From assembly GCF_009914755.1 (NCBI RefSeq), contig NC_060925.1: a stretch of 64,000 nucleotides of DNA. The stretch is one strand, 5' to 3'. The notes beneath the pieces were generated by a model, which saw only the letters and a list, made by a program, of their open reading frames with translations, ran no database searches and had not been told where the DNA came from. Origin of the DNA: the human T2T-CHM13v2.0 reference genome, Homo sapiens. The position numbers and the translations under genes are program-made. Of the stretch, positions 15,995 through 31,575 are shown piece after piece; the first letter of the stretch is position 1, and each line of letters begins with the position of its first letter.

Positions 15995-17200
15995 TAGTAA
16001 ATCAATTAACAAACATTTATCAAATAGTGTATACTATTTCAGATAATGAGGACACAGCAGAGCACAAGGCAGTTAAAGTCTCTGCCTTCAAGGAGTTTAT
16101 ATTCCAGTGGCAAAAGTGATGAACATGTAAATGAATAAGATAATTGCAGGCCCTGATAAAATGATGCTACAAAAATACTAATACAGAATATTGGGATGGA
16201 GAATGATGGAGGGTGGAGAGAAACACAATTGACTTAGATTACTCAGAACTGGATGCTGTAAAGACTCTCATAGGGTTGCTGAGGCCTGAATGACAAGGAG
16301 ACAGCCATGCAAAGGTATGGAGGAAGGGTATTGGAAATGCAAGTACGAAGGGTCTGAGATGGAAACAAGCTTGATGTGTTTCATGAAAATAAAACAGCCA
16401 TAGTGTTTCAACCAGAATGAGGAGGAGAAGAAAATGAACAGAGACAAGGTTAGCTGGGCCAACACCAAACCCTGTAGAACACTGTGTATCCGGAAAATTA
16501 GTTGTGGGTTTTTACAGGGTGTGATGAGACACTGTTCAAAAGGTTTTGAGGAAAGGAGTCATATTACCTAATTTTCACTTTAGAAAAATCACTCAGGCTA
16601 CTGTGTGGAGAATGGACTTGGATAAGGGAAGAGATGACGCCATGAGACTAATTAGAAGACTGCCCCAGTAATCCAGGCTGAATGATTGTCACTTGGACTA
16701 GGATTGACAGTAGAGAGGGCGAGCAGTAGCTGGACTCAAGACATTTGTAAGTACCTATAGGACTTACTGCTAGATGCATTTGGGCAAATGAAGATGCCAT
16801 TTACAGTGATGGAGAAGACTCTGGAAAATGAATTGGGAGAATGGGGAAATGATTAGCTCTGCTTTGGACATGTCAAGTCTGAAATTTTTTTTAATCAACT
16901 TTGTCAGGTTTAATAAGCCTGAAATTTTTATTAAACATTCAAGTGGAAATGCTAAAACGTAGTTGGATAGATAAGTCTGGACTTCAAAACAGAGGTCAGG
17001 AGAGGCGACATGGATTTGGACATCACCAACAAAGAGATGATATTCAAAGCCATGGCTCTAGGGAAACCCTGTGGTTAGGGAAGAAAGGAGGACTGAGACA
17101 GTCTGGAGCACTAGGAGATATTTTCTGGAGGAAGAGGAGCCAGGAAAAAAAAAAAAAAAGGCTGAGAAAGAGCACAGAAGAGTCTGGCTTCCTGGATGTC
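15995..17200 (-). mobile_element. L2
   Basis: Starts with reverse L2 terminus AACAAACATTTAT..., followed by purine-rich L2 body. Confidence 0.7.
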
Positions 17201-19347
17201 TCCTGGACAACCTTGATAAGGACTGTTATTAATATGGAAATGGGAGAACGGGGGAAGGAAAGCCTGACTGACATGTAGTGAGGTAAGAACGGGAGGTGAG
17301 GACAAAGCAGCAACAAGTTAAACATGGCTTTCAGAAATGTTTCCACGGAGTGAGGAAGTCCTGAAGAGGGCAACAGAGGATGATGTACAAAGCAATGTAA
17401 GGAAGATTTCGCCTTTGGCCTTGGATACAGCAGGGATGCTTCTTCCACTGTGACTTGTGGGAAGGTTAGCTGCTTGGGCTCAGGTGCAGGTGCAGATGTG
17501 CTGCAGGATTTGGTGAATTCTTGACTAATTCCGTCAAAGTTAAACCCAATTTTTCCAAATCCTACTTCAGATTGCAACCACATAGCCACCATTAGAATTA
17601 TAAAGTCATATTTTTGTATTGGACACAATAGCTGAAAGTTTTGAAAGATGTAATTCCTACTTCTACTGATTTGCAGTGTGAGATTGTTCTACAAATGTAA
17701 TCATCTAAGTTTAGTGGTGCAAAAGTGTCATTACTTAATCAAATGAAATTATTATAGCACCAAGCTTATTTTGAATACAATGTAAAAGAGACATCATCCT
17801 AAGTTTCTAATTATTCAAAGGAATAAAGTCAACAAACTAAGAAACTAGAAAAAACCAAGGTCCTTAAAATCATCATTGAACTCCTGAATTATGCAACTCT
17901 GGAATGGCCTTATCCCAGATTTCTTGTTATGTGAGTTAATAAATGTACTGATTGTTTGAGCTGTTTTTTGTTGATTATTGCCACTTATAGCTGAAAGCAG
18001 TTTAACAGGCATTGTATTTTACTGGAATAACTGGTAGCCATCTGGAAAAAAATAAAGCTCAAACCTTACACAAAAATAAATTCCAGACAGATCAAAATAT
18101 AATCAAAGCTAAAGGTTAACTATCACCATTCCTAATTTTGTACAAAAGCAGCAGAAACTTTAAAGTAAAAGCTGTTCTTTTACATTTTAACTTGATTATT
18201 CTAAATGATATGTAAGGCATTTAAAGTGGGCCATCTATAGTAACAAATGGAACAAATGGTGAATAATACAAATGCCAGCAACAACTGACAAAATTTTGTC
18301 ATTAAGACAATTTTCATCCTTTATTGCTCTCTTTTCCCATTTTAATATCTTGTATTTTTCTTGAACTATAAAATATTATTTACTGGATGCTTGCAGATAA
18401 CATTATATTATTTCCACAATTAAATATGAAACTGTCAGGAGAACCCTAAATCTACTTCTTTTCATCCTATCTGGTTTTATGTGTGAGCATCCTAGTCACT
18501 TCTATCGTCTTCAGTGAGCCCATGAGAACAAAGATGACAGTGACAGTCGTGTTGTATCCCCAGTAACTGCCACCATGCCTGGAACATGAAGGCATTCAGT
18601 GAAGTTTTGTTGAATGGATAGGTGAATGAATGCATGCACACATGTGTGTGAGAAAATGGAGGGAAGGTGATACTTTTTCTGTTTCTGCTGACTTGCACAG
18701 TCAGAAGAAAGAGAACAAGTTGCTGAAGGTTCATGGAAAGCCCACAAAGAAAGAAGGTTCATCTTCTTATCCGGTTCATGAGCCCTAAGGAGCTATTGCT
18801 CAAGGGTTCTTCCTGGTTGCAGTTCTGAGAACTATTGTAGGAGGAGTGAAGAAAACATTTACTGTCTACTGCATACTAGACACTTTAATACATTATTTTA
18901 TCCTCTATTTCTATTTTACAAATAAGGTAGGGGTTGTCTTCTAATGGAGGTACACAATCTATTCAACTGTGGGAATTAGCAAATCCTAGAACACTCAGTC
19001 TATAGCTCAATAGCCTGAACTCTGCCTATCTAAGTTCAAAATTAATTATCTTCCTCAATCAAGTGCTCTAACTTGAAAGGCAAGTTGCAGAGTAAGGCAA
19101 AAATAACAGCAGCAGTTTTATACATATTTCTGATCTCTTCCTAAGTAAAAACATTTAAAAACTCCCATTGTAGCTACTCAAAATGTACTTGCAACAACAT
19201 AGTCAGGAATTCCACTAAGATTTACCTTGTTAGACTTCTTTCTGGTTTACCATCCAAATCTTTTGTGGGGAAATTTATAGATAAAATGGATGAATTATTC
19301 TATTGCTTTTTGTTATCCTATGCTAATGAATATATCTGCTAGGGTGT

Positions 19348-20128
19348 CTGTGATGGCTAAATTTTATGTACTAATTTGGCTAGGCTATGATGCCCAGCTG
19401 TCTGGTGAAACACTAGCCCAGATATTGCTGTGAAGATATTTTGTAGATGTGATTAACATCTACAATCAGTTGAGTTTAAGTAAAACTCAATAATGTGGGT
19501 TTTCCTTGTTCAGTCAGCTGAAAGACATAATTGCAGAACTGAGGACTCCTGGAAAGGAAGGAATTCTGCCTCAAGACTGTAACACAGAAATCCTGCCAGA
19601 TTTCCCAGGCTGCAGGCTTGCCCTACATATTTCAGACTTGCCAGCCCCACAATTGCATGAGCCAGTTCCTTAAAAAGATATTAACATAAGGGCAATCAGG
19701 AATAATAGGCAGATGCCCTTTCTGGCATAAATATTTGGGAACCTTGATCCTATATAACCTGATTCCTTTTGCTCTTATTACTAATCTCTATGGATTCACT
19801 CCTGTTGACTCTCCAGTCTCAGAACTTCTAAATAAATTTGCCCTGCTCACACAAAACGTGTGTGTGTGTGTTTTAGTATAAACATAATACTATATATATA
19901 TATATTTTATTATATATAATACTATAATACTGTAATACTAATACTAGATTACTAATACTATACAATACTATAATATATTATATATAATTATATTATATTA
20001 TATATATAATTATATAATATATATTATAGTATAGTATACTATAATACTATAATACTAATACTATAATACTATAATACTAATATTATATACTATTAGTTCT
20101 GTTTCTCTAGAGAACATTTGCTGATACA
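19348..20128 (+). mobile_element. MLT2 (ERVL) LTR with internal AT-rich expansion
   Basis: Starts TGTGATGGCTAAATTTTATGT; ends TATTAGTTCTGTTTCTCTAGAGAAC...ATACA. Confidence 0.7.
19858..20092. repeat. (TG)n / (TA)n / (TATAATAC)n compound low-complexity tract
   Basis: Directly visible. Confidence 0.9.
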
Positions 20129-20184
20129 ACAGCTATGCTATTTGCAACAGATAAAAATAAACTAGTATTAAGAAGCTAAAAGCA

Positions 20185-20512
<328 letters not shown>

Positions 20513-21269
20513 TTAGGAGTCTTTCTCTCTTTGATAGCATCTATTCAGAAACATAAATTCCAAAGGCTTTGGAATCCTGTCATCTCTAATTATACTACAG
20601 ATAGAATACTTCAAAAAATAAAATTGTGGGTCATTTTTATTTTAAAAATACATGTGATTTTTAACTTTGAGAAAGTGCTAAGGTCATCATTAAGCCAGAT
20701 GATGAGAAAGTGCTGCAGCTTTAAACACTCTGAAGCACTAATTTCAGAGATCCCCCTAGGATTTTCTTTCAGTCCTTAGCTTATATCCAGATTGTGTTGC
20801 AATATCCATCTTTAGATGTGCCACAATAAGTTTACAACCACTAAAATATGACATTGGAACTATCAGAAAAGCATGCGTATCCACCACAAAAAAACTTGAG
20901 GGAAGTACAACTACAGTTCACTGCGTAGTTAGGTGACAGCCATTTAGCAATATCTGGCAGCAAAGGGGAACGAAACATAAGATAAATTGAAGTGTCTGAA
21001 AAGTATACGAACCTCAAGTGTTGAAAACATGTCTATTTCTCTGAAAGATTATATAGGTAAACATTTCAGTTCTTTAAGGAGCCCCTACCATGGACCAGGG
21101 TGTTTTTCAGGAGCTGGACATAGCTTTCCCCTCCTGAGAAGATGAGGGTCTGGTGATGAAGACCAACAAATAAGATAACAAGCAGTAAGAATAATTTGTA
21201 ACATGTTCAGTGCCATACTAAACTGATTCATACAACTATTCCATTTACAATGATTTACAGGAACACCTC

Positions 21270-21637
21270 ATGCAATGAACTGAAGGTTTGCATCAGCCTA
21301 AAATTCGTATGTTGAAATCTAACTCCCAAGGTGATGATATTAGGAGGTGGGAATTTGGGGAGGTGATTAGGTCATGAAGGTGGAGCCCTCATGAATAGGA
21401 TTAGTGTCCTTATTAAAGAGGCCTCAGAGAGTCCTTTTTCCCTCTTTCCACCATGTGAGAATATCATGAGAAGTTAGCAGTCTGCAACCCAAAAGAAGTC
21501 CCTCACCAGAACGTGACCATGCTGGCACCCTGATCACAGACTCTCAGCCTCCAGAAACTGTGAGAAAGAAATACCTGTTGTTTATAAGCCATCCAGTCTG
21601 TGGTACTTTGTTATAGCAGCCTGAATGGATTAAGACA
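21270..21637 (+). mobile_element. MLT1A-like MaLR solo LTR nested in L2 remnants
   Basis: AAATTCGTATGTTGAAATCTAACTCCCAAGGTGATG...TTGTTATAGCAGCCTGAATGGATTAAGACA. Confidence 0.8.
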
Positions 21638-22389
21638 GCTTAGGCAAGAAAGACAGAAAGATTCCTCTGCTAGAGAGAAGAGAATTGCAGAAGGAAGGTA
21701 ACAAACACCCTTACAGAGAAGGTGACCTTCCAGCCAGATCTTGAAGTCAAGGGAGCAAAGACTTTGAAGGTAAAGAGAAAAGAGGCCAAGAGCAAGGAGT
21801 TATTCTCCAACAGTCCAGGCAGACAGGGGAGACTTTCAGAGGCACAGACGCAAATTTAGGACCAGGCCAGCCACTTGGCATTGCTGTTGGGTATACAAAG
21901 GGGGCTTGCCAACATGCAGTGGGAAAGGTAGGACTTAGTGAGAGACTGGATGTGGGAAAAGGAGGGAGAAACACACCTGAGCGCTTGATCTGAGAAACTA
22001 TGACTGGCAGAGAACAGAAAGCTAAAGATTTACAGAAGAAAAGACTGCTTTGGGAGAAAGAGGATGTGTTCTGTTGGGGGATGTTGAGACTGAAAAGCCA
22101 GTGGAGCATCCAGGTAGAGATGTCAAGTAACCACTTAATAACCTGGATCTGCCCCTCAGGAGAAAGTTTAGGCCAAAAATACAGGTTTCGTCATCATTAG
22201 CAAACTGGATGAGAATCCCCAGAGCAAGAAGCAGGACAAGGAAAGAAGATAACCAAGGAGCAAACATTGCTTGACCCTAATGTTTAAGAGGCAGGAGAAA
22301 AGAGAAAAGCCCCACAAAAAACTAAAAAAGGTAAAGGAATTATTATTGTATATTTTTGCGTTGTTTTATTATGCTAATTATATACATGA

Positions 22390-23380
22390 CACAAAACTTA
22401 CCATTTCAATCATTTTTAAGTGTACAATTTAGTGGCATTAATTACATTCACCATGTTGTGCAACCATTACCACTATTTCCAAAACTATTTCATTATCCCA
22501 AACAGAAATTCTGCAACCATTAAGCACTAGCTCCTCATTCCTCTGTCCCTGCAGCCCCTGGTAAACTTTTTTTATTGAGACAGAGTCTCACTCTGTCACC
22601 CAGTCTGGAGTGCAGAGGTGCAATCTCAGCTCACTGCAACCTCAACTTCCCAGGTTACAGCAATCCTCCCACCTCAGCCTCCTGAGTAGCTGGGACTACA
22701 GGCATGGGCCGTCATGCCTGGCTTTTTTTTTTTTTTTTTTTTTTTTTTTGTAGACACAGGGCTGTCACTACGTTGCCCAGGCTGGTCTCGAACTCCTGAG
22801 CTCAAGTGATCTGCCCTCCTCAGCCTTCCAAAGTGCTAGGATTACAGGCGTGAGCCACCGGGCCCTGCCGGGCCCCTGGTAACTTTTTCTGAGACAGTCT
22901 TGCTATGTTACCTGGGCTGGAGCCCAGTAGTGCAATATCAGCTCACAGCAATCTCCCCTCCTGGGTTGAAGTGATTCTCATGCCTCAGCCTCCCGTGTAG
23001 CTGGGATTACAGGTATATGCCACCATGCCCAGCTAATTTTTGTTTTTTTGTTTTGTTTTGTTTTGTTTTTGGTTTTGGTCTAGTAGAGATAGAGACAGGG
23101 TTTCACCATGCTGGCCAGGCTAGTGTGGAACTCCTGACCTCAGGTGATCTGCCCACCTCAGCCTCCCAAAGTGCTGAGATTACAGGCATGAGCCATCGCG
23201 CCTGGCTGCACCTACTAACTTCTAATCTACTTTCTGTCTTTATGAATTTGCCTATTCTAGGTATCTCATACAAGCAGAATCATATATTTGTCCTTCTGTG
23301 TCTGACTTATTTCACTTAGTATAATGTCTTCAATGTTCATACATGTTGGGGCATGTGTCAGAACTTCATTCCTTTTTATG
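22390..23380 (-). mobile_element. L1MB-like 3' end interrupted by AluJ (22566-22869) and AluS (22884-23206), both minus strand
   Basis: TTTAAGTGTACAATTTAGTGGCATT... reverse L1M 3'UTR; Alu TSD CCCCTGGTAA. Confidence 0.8.
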
Positions 23381-24399
23381 TATTGTGCCTTTTGCAGTTA
23401 GGAAACAGAAGCAGGGAGAATAGCAATTATGGGTATATCAGGACTAGTTAATTAGGTTCCGAGGGTAAGGAGGGGAGGAGAACAGTCAACTGGAAGGCCA
23501 GAACTAAAAGCTGAGTGCAGAAGCCATAATCAGTTAGCCAAGAACTCTGTCTAGAGAAGAAAGGCATGTGGAAGTTGGAGGTCACTGTACAAATCTTCCT
23601 CTGAAAACCAGATAGAAAACTGAATTCAGACTGATGAATGAACTTAATACAAGATTCTCCTCTTCTGGTGGGAAGGTCTGGTGGGAAACAGGTCTGAATG
23701 AACAGTTCCTTGGTTCTGGCATCCAGATGCAGGTGCACCTGTACACACAGTTACTACCTGAAGGAGAATAAAGAGCATGAGCCAGAGAAGCACATCAAAA
23801 ATAGATTATCAAGCTAAGGAGGACAGAGGAGCTGAAAGGCAGCTCAACTCAGATGACAGGGAGAGGAACATCCAGAGGCAATGAGTGAAATACTCAGAAA
23901 CCTACGTCAAAAGCTAGATTCTATTAATGCAAGCTTTGTGAGAGTAAGACAGCTCCATTTAGAGGTACTGGGACCAGAGAGACGACAGAAGTGACTCCAA
24001 GAGAAATAAGCAATTGGAGCAAAAGGAGCCAGGATGTACAGGACCCAAGTCCCCAAATATTTATGCCAGATAGGGCACCTGCCTATTATTTCTGATTGCT
24101 CCTATGTTAATATTTTTGGTCCAAAAGCTTAAAAGATATTAGTGTAACTTCTAAAGGAAAAAAGTATTCCAAATGCTTTCAATTCTTATGGATGAGCAGT
24201 ATGCATATCCCTTCACCCAAATGATTAAATTATTGATTGAGAAGTTAAGCGTCTCATTATACAGCATCTATCTTAAATAATGTAATTTTGCCTTATAGTA
24301 AATGTGTTCAGTAAGCTTCTGAATTTAATATAAATTTACCAATTTTGCTGAATAAAAGCCAAAGAAAATATAGAAGGCTACAGAAGATATTTTGTATGA

Positions 24400-26782
24400 T
24401 ATCTATCTTTTAAAATTCTATTGAGACTTAATTTGTGGCCTAACAAATGGTCTATCCTGGAAAATGTCCCATATGGGCTTGAGAAGAATGTGTATTCTGT
24501 TATTATTGGGTAGTGTGTTCTATACATGACTATGAGTTCTAGTTGCTTTATTGTTTTTTTTAAGTCCTCTAATTCCTAATGTAATCTTCTGTCAGATTTT
24601 CCTATCCATTATTGTGAGTCGGGTACTGAAGTCTCCAACTAGTATTGTCTTTTTTTTTTTTTTTTGAGACAGGGTCTCGCTCTGTTGTCCAGGCTAATGT
24701 GCAGTGGCATGCTCACAGCTCACTGCACCCTTAACCTCCTAGGCTCAAGAGATCCTCCTGCCTCAGCTTCCCAAGTAGCTGAGACTATAGGCATGTGCCA
24801 CCATTCCCAGCTAGTTTTTTGTATTTTTTGTAGAGACAGGGTTTTGCCACGTTGCCAGGCTGGTCTCAGACTCCTGGGCTCAAGCCATCTGCTTGACTCA
24901 GAAATATAGGATTCTTGATTAACAGTTTTGGTTTTTTATTTTTATTTTTTTTGTTCAGCATTTTGAATATGTCAGCCCACGGCCTTCTAGCCTCCAAAGT
25001 TTCTGAAGAGAAATCCGCTGATAATCTTTTTTGAGGATCACTCATTTGTAATGAGTCACTTCTCTCTTGTTGCTTTCAAAATTCTCTGTTTTTCTTTGAC
25101 TTTCAACAGTTTGATCATACTGTGTTTCAATGTGAATCTCTGAGTTCATCCTACTTGAAGTTTGTTGAGTTTGCTACATGTTTATATTCATGTCTTTCAT
25201 CAAATTTGGGACTGTTTCAGCCATTATTAATATCCTCTCTGCCCTTCACTCTTTCTACAAGGCATATGTTGGTCTGCCTAATGGTGTCCCACATGTTCCT
25301 TAGGCTCTGTTCTACTTTTCTTCAATCTTTTTTCTGTTTCTCATAGTTGATAATTTCCACTATCCTATCTTCGAAGTCACTCATTCTTCCTTCTGCCTCC
25401 TCAGATCTGCCTTTGAATCTCTCTAGTAAATTTCTCATTTTAGTCACTGTACTTTTTAGCTCCAGAATTTCTTTTTGGTTTCTTTTTAGGTTTTCTATCA
25501 ATGTACTGATATTTCTACTATGTTCATACATCATTTTCATCACCTTCTCCACATCTTCCTTTAGTTCTTTCAGCACCTTTAAGACAGTTGTTTTTAAAGT
25601 CTTTGTCTAGTAGATCCATTATCAGGTCTTTTCCAGGGATAGTTTCTATTAATTTGCTTATTTTTTCCTTTTATGTGCCATACTTTCCTGTTTCTTTGTA
25701 TCGATTTGTTGGAAACTGAAGGCTTGAATCTATTAATGTGGTAACTCTGGAAATCAGATTCTTCTTCCCAGAGTCTGCTGGGTTTTGTTTTTGTATTTAT
25801 TACTGTAGGATGTTTCTTTGCCAAGAATCAGCCTAAGGTGTAAACTTAAGGTCTTCTCAGGTCTTTTCTGAGCCTGCACCTTACCCTGGGTATCTGTGGT
25901 GACTTTCTAATTTCTCCTTTTATATGCAGTTGCTTTCGAGTGTCCTACTCTTCAATGTCTGGCTCCTAAAAGGGACAAAAAAAAAAAAGAAAAGAAAAGA
26001 AAGAAAGAGGATAAAAACGTATCATCTCTTTAAATTCCCTGGAAGTCACTTCAGTCACAGCAGGAGGGGCTTGCAATAACAGGGAGAAGTGCAAAACAAT
26101 GCCCCCGCCTTCTTTGTCTGCATCCCTGTGTTGAGAAGCAGCAATCAGTGATCAGAGCACAGATTACTAATATTTGGAGGTCAGGTTCTGTTTTGCTCAC
26201 CGTGGCTCCTATAAGTTGTATACACAGGCACAGTTGCCTGCCACAGGGCTGAACGGTGGGGAATGGGTAGCTGCTACTATGCTAAGAGCTAATGTTAACC
26301 CTAACTGGCCGAGCGCGGTGTCTCACGCCTGTAAACCCAACACTTCTGGAGGCCAAGGCGGGTGGATCACCCGAGGTGAGGAGTTTGAGACGAACCTGGC
26401 CAACATGGCAAAATCCCGTCTCTACTAAAAATACAAAAATTAGCCGGGCGTTGTGGCAGACGCCTGTAATCCCAGCTACTCGGGAGGCTGAGGCAGGAGA
26501 GTTGCTTGAACCCGGCGGGGCAGAGGTTGCACTGAGCTGAGATAGCGCCACTTCACTTCAGCCTGGGCAAAAGAGCGAAACTCCGTCTCAGAAACCAACA
26601 AACGAAAAAACCCAATCAAATTAACCACAATATACCATCAAGCCTTCCCCTAGATGTTGCAATTCTTTAATAAGCTCCAGATTTCCAAAATAGTTACATC
26701 AGACAGACTGCCAATGCAATTATTCTCTACATGGAGAGACAGATTTCTAGTGCTCCCTACTCTACCATCTTTTCAGAATCCT
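24400..26782 (-). mobile_element. Old L1M 5' portion (5'UTR, ORF1 coiled coil, ORF2 fragment) with a truncated AluJ (24650-24900, -)
   Basis: ORF 25322-25576 is L1 ORF1-like (ENLKRNQKEILELKSTVTKM); AAGATGG 5'-end motif near 26765 on the minus strand. Confidence 0.75.
26307..26610 (+). mobile_element. AluS (Sp/Sq-like)
   Basis: Dimeric Alu with AAGAGCGAAACTCC 3' diagnostic. Confidence 0.88.
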
Positions 26783-29287
26783 CTCAACTGTGCTACCTTT
26801 TTTGCCCGTGTCTCCTGCTGGCCCGAGAGTCTCATCTTCCACTCCAAGCAGTCTATTAAAGTATGCTATGCCTTTCTGAAGTAACACAATTCCCTCTCTA
26901 AGATAAATTCTGGTGCCACTTATAAAGATAACTTTTTACCTTGCTACATTTCATGTAAATCTTCATATTTACCTATTCACATATTATTATCAAATCCTTT
27001 GTCATGATACTTATAAAAGGTCATTATAATATCTATGGATACCAATGCACAAACATATTCTGCTTTGTCAGAGAAAAAAACATCAACAGATGGGGAAGAG
27101 ACTTTACTAAATTAAGGATACTTAACTAGTGTCAATTAAAAAGTGTATTACTTCACGCATCAAAAAGCACTTAAAGAGCTATTCATTTTGCTGCCTAAAA
27201 TACATAAAAATAAAATCACTTGGCTATTTAACAGATTACAGGGCTGTTAAATGAATTATATTAAAGACTTTAGCACTAAACCATGTCCACTCAAAGCATA
27301 AAATTTCCTTCACATGTTTAATGTTATATCTCATTTTCAAATAAATGTCGACCTTGAAACAATTTATTTTCTCAAGATTCTTCAAGAGTTATTTTATATT
27401 CTAGTGCCCTTGGACATTTTGCTCTTCATCTTTTTTATTCATCTCCTGGAGTCTGGCTTGCATTACTGTTAGCTGAAAATAATGAGCTACAGATTGTTTA
27501 CTTCACACCTAATGGTACCCACAGTGAGAATGACAGCTTATTATAACTAAGCAAATTAAATTACTATAAGGTCAAATTAGTATGAGTCCATAGTAGCTAA
27601 ATAATTACAGATCTGGGTCACTAGTCTATCTAACAAGAACATGCTGAATAATGAAATAGGTAACACTTAATAGCCAACTACATGTCTAGTCATTTCAAAT
27701 ACATATTCTCCTTTAACCCTTCCAACTTGGGCACAAGGTGAATGTAAGCATCCCTATTTTATAGTTTGGGAAATGATGCAGAAACGGTTAAACAACTGTC
27801 CCTTGCCCCCAAATTTAAACAGCTAGGAAGTGACAGAACTTGATATAAACTCAATTTTTTTCTGACTCAAAAGCCTATCCTCTTAATACTGAGATTTTTT
27901 TAGCACTACTGCTTTTCATTTTACTATACATGTTTACACCCCAGGTATTTTTATCCGAAATTGGAAATTAAGGCAGCCTCCTTGTTGACTCTGTAGTTTA
28001 GTCAGCTGAACAGATACAAATTAGGTAGCATTTTAGGCTTCTTATAAAGAACATGTCATTAGTAATTTTAATACTTCCATGAAAATACTTATTTTTCAGA
28101 TAATAATCTTATTTATGTGTTAGATGGTGAGCTATACATATTTTCTAGACATTATTTACTGAGTCCTGGAAGGTTTTTATTTCTCCTAAAACATAAAACA
28201 GTATACAAAATATTTTAAAAATTCATTTCTTAGCAATTATTATTGTTAAGAAAAATTTCACTTTTCATCACATTCCTTCATTTCCTGAAATTTCATTTAT
28301 ACTATACAATAGCACTCCAGTCTTCTACTCTGTCCTTCCACACATAAACCCATACCCAGGATCAAAAACACAAGGATACCTGATGACTTCCTGTCTACAA
28401 AGATGTTAAAAGATAGTGATTTTTTTTCCGTCTTCTATAGAAGGAATTTCCAATACAGTTTAGTCAAAAGTCTCCCAATAGACAGAGTAATCATCTTTGG
28501 CTGAGCAATGTTGCTGACCTGAATTAAATAAATTTCAGGGACTTAATTTTTATAATATAGGTTTGCATTCATGGTTCAAGAAGGGCTAATGTTAAGTATG
28601 CAAATGAATTACAGTTAATTAATATAACATTTGTTACTGTATTAAAGACTAATGCTAAGCGAGGATCACCAAGGGCTGCTAGAATACCACAAATCTAGGC
28701 AATTGTTAGTGTTCTGTGCTTTGGATGTTTTGCCATTAGACTGACCAAAAAGACTTTAAAGTTACCGTACCCACTGTGCAGGAGGTTTCAGGGAAATAGT
28801 CATTTTTATACACTATTGGTTGTAGTGTAGTTGATACAACTTTTCATTTGGCAAGTTTAATGTTATCAAAAACTTTAAAACGTTTAAACTGTTTGATGAC
28901 CAGTATTTTCACTCCCAGGAATTATTCTACCATAAAGACATATGCATATGTATGTTCATTGCAGCACTATTTACACTAGCAAAGACATGAAATCAACCTA
29001 AATGTCCATCAACAGTGGACTGCATAAAGAAAATGTGGTACATATATACGACGAAGTACTATGCAGCCATAAAAAGAACGAGATTACACGCTTTGCAGCA
29101 ACATGGATGGAGCTGGAGGCTATCACCCTTAGCGAACTAACACAGGAACAGGAAACCAAAATCCACATGTTCTCACTTATAAGTGGAAGCTAAACACTGA
29201 GAGCACATGGACACATGGAGGGGAACAACAGACACTGGGGCCTTCTGGAGGGTGGAGGTTGTGAGGAGGGAGAGGATGGAAAAACTA

Positions 29288-29720
<433 letters not shown>

Positions 29721-30712
29721 TTATCAGGTACTATGTTTATTACCTGGGTAACAACATAATGAGTACACCAGACCCCCATGACCACAAGTTACCTGTATAA
29801 CAAACCTGTACATGTGCCCCTCAACCTAAAAGTTTTTTTAAATAAAGCATCAATGTTAAAGAAATTCATGTGTAAGTATATATGTAAATCTTATATATGC
29901 AAAATGTATGTGCAAGGATGTTCACCTTAGCTTATTTCCCTCCAGCTTTATTGAGATATAACTGACACATCAAAATTGTACATATTTGATGTATACATTA
30001 TGATTTGATAAAGATATTTATATACATTGTGAAATGGTTATCACACAAGTTAATGAAAGCATTCGTCATCTCACACAGTTACCATTTTCGTGTATGTAAA
30101 AGGTGAAAACACTTAAGATCTATTTAAATGTTAAGTGATCTACTTAAGTGTTCACAGACTATTGATAATTTTTTTTTAAACTTTAAGACAACTTAAATAT
30201 TCAACAGTAGGGGAATCCGTTGATTAGTTGGTGGCACCTTGACATGATGATATACAATATGAAAGGCAATATGGCCAGAGGACAGGCTTTCCAAACAGAC
30301 AGTCTAAGGTTTCACCTGACTCAGTCAAATACTCGCTGCATGACTTTAACATCTCCTAGCCTCATATGCTTTTATCTGTAAGGTAGTGATAATTTACCTA
30401 CTTTATATAAATACTACAAAAATTAAATGAAAAATGTAAGTTTCTAAACATTTAGCATATAATCTAATACTTGAGGGATATTATTTTCTGTATATTACGA
30501 ATTATGTTTTAAATATGACTTCATAATATGGGAAAATGCTCATAATATACAATATTAAGATTTAAGCTATATACAGATAGCAATTACAATTATAGAGTTA
30601 ATTTAAATATTTCTGTAACCTGTTGATATGAATACAACACTGCACAATTTTTCTTTCTCATTTTCCCCTTGCTGGTTAATGGCAAGCCCTTAGCTCTGTC
30701 TTCCCAGTTTCT

Positions 30713-31575
30713 CTTTTTTTTTAATTTAACTTTTATTTTAAGTTCAGGGAGACATGTGCAGGTTTGTTAAATAGGTAAATGTGCGCCTTGGGGGATTGTT
30801 GGGCAGATTACTTCATCACCCGGGTAATAAGCATAGTACTCATTAGTTATTTTTCCCGATCCTCTCCCTCCTCCCAGACTCCACCCTCCAATAGACCTCA
30901 TTGTGTGTTGTTCCCCTGTACGTGTCCATGTGTTCTCATCATTTAGCTCCCACTTATAAGTGAGAACATGTGGTATTTGGTTTTCTGTTCCTGTGTTAAT
31001 TCATTTAGGGTAACGGCCTCCAGCTCCATTCACGTTCCTGCAAAGGACATGATCTTGTTCTTTTTTATGGCTGCATAGTAGTCCATGGTGTATACGTACC
31101 ACATTTTCTTTATCCAGTCTACCACTGATGGGCATTTAGGTTGATTTCCATGTCTTTGCTATTGTGAACGGTGCTGCAATGAACATATGCATGCGTGTGC
31201 CTTTATGACAGAACAATGTATATTCCTTTGGGTATATACCCAGTAATGGGATTGCTAGGTCGAATGGTATTTCTGTTTTTAGGTCTTTGAGGAATTGCCA
31301 CACTGTCTTCTACAATGGTTGAACTAATTTATACTCCCACCAACAGTGTATAAACATTCCTTTTTTTCCCGCAACCTCGCTAGCATCTGTTATGTTTTGA
31401 CTTTTTAATAATAGTCATTCTGACTGGTGTGAGATGAAATCTCACTGTGGTTTTGATTAGAATTTCTCTAATGATCAGTGATGCTGAGGTTTTTTTTTTA
31501 ATATGATTGTTGGCCTCATTTATGTCTTCTTTAAAAAAGTGTCTGTTCATGTCCTTTGCCCACTTTTTAATGTGC
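30713..31575 (-). mobile_element. 5'-truncated L1PA (older, PA13-15-like) 3' end
   Basis: T-tail at 30713; reverse ORF2 peptide KKWAKDMNRHFFKEDI. Confidence 0.88.

Noticed and set aside
17044-17628. 194-aa minus-strand ORF
   Set aside because: Non-ATG start, partly overlaps L2 remnant and an A-run, and has no recognisable domain.
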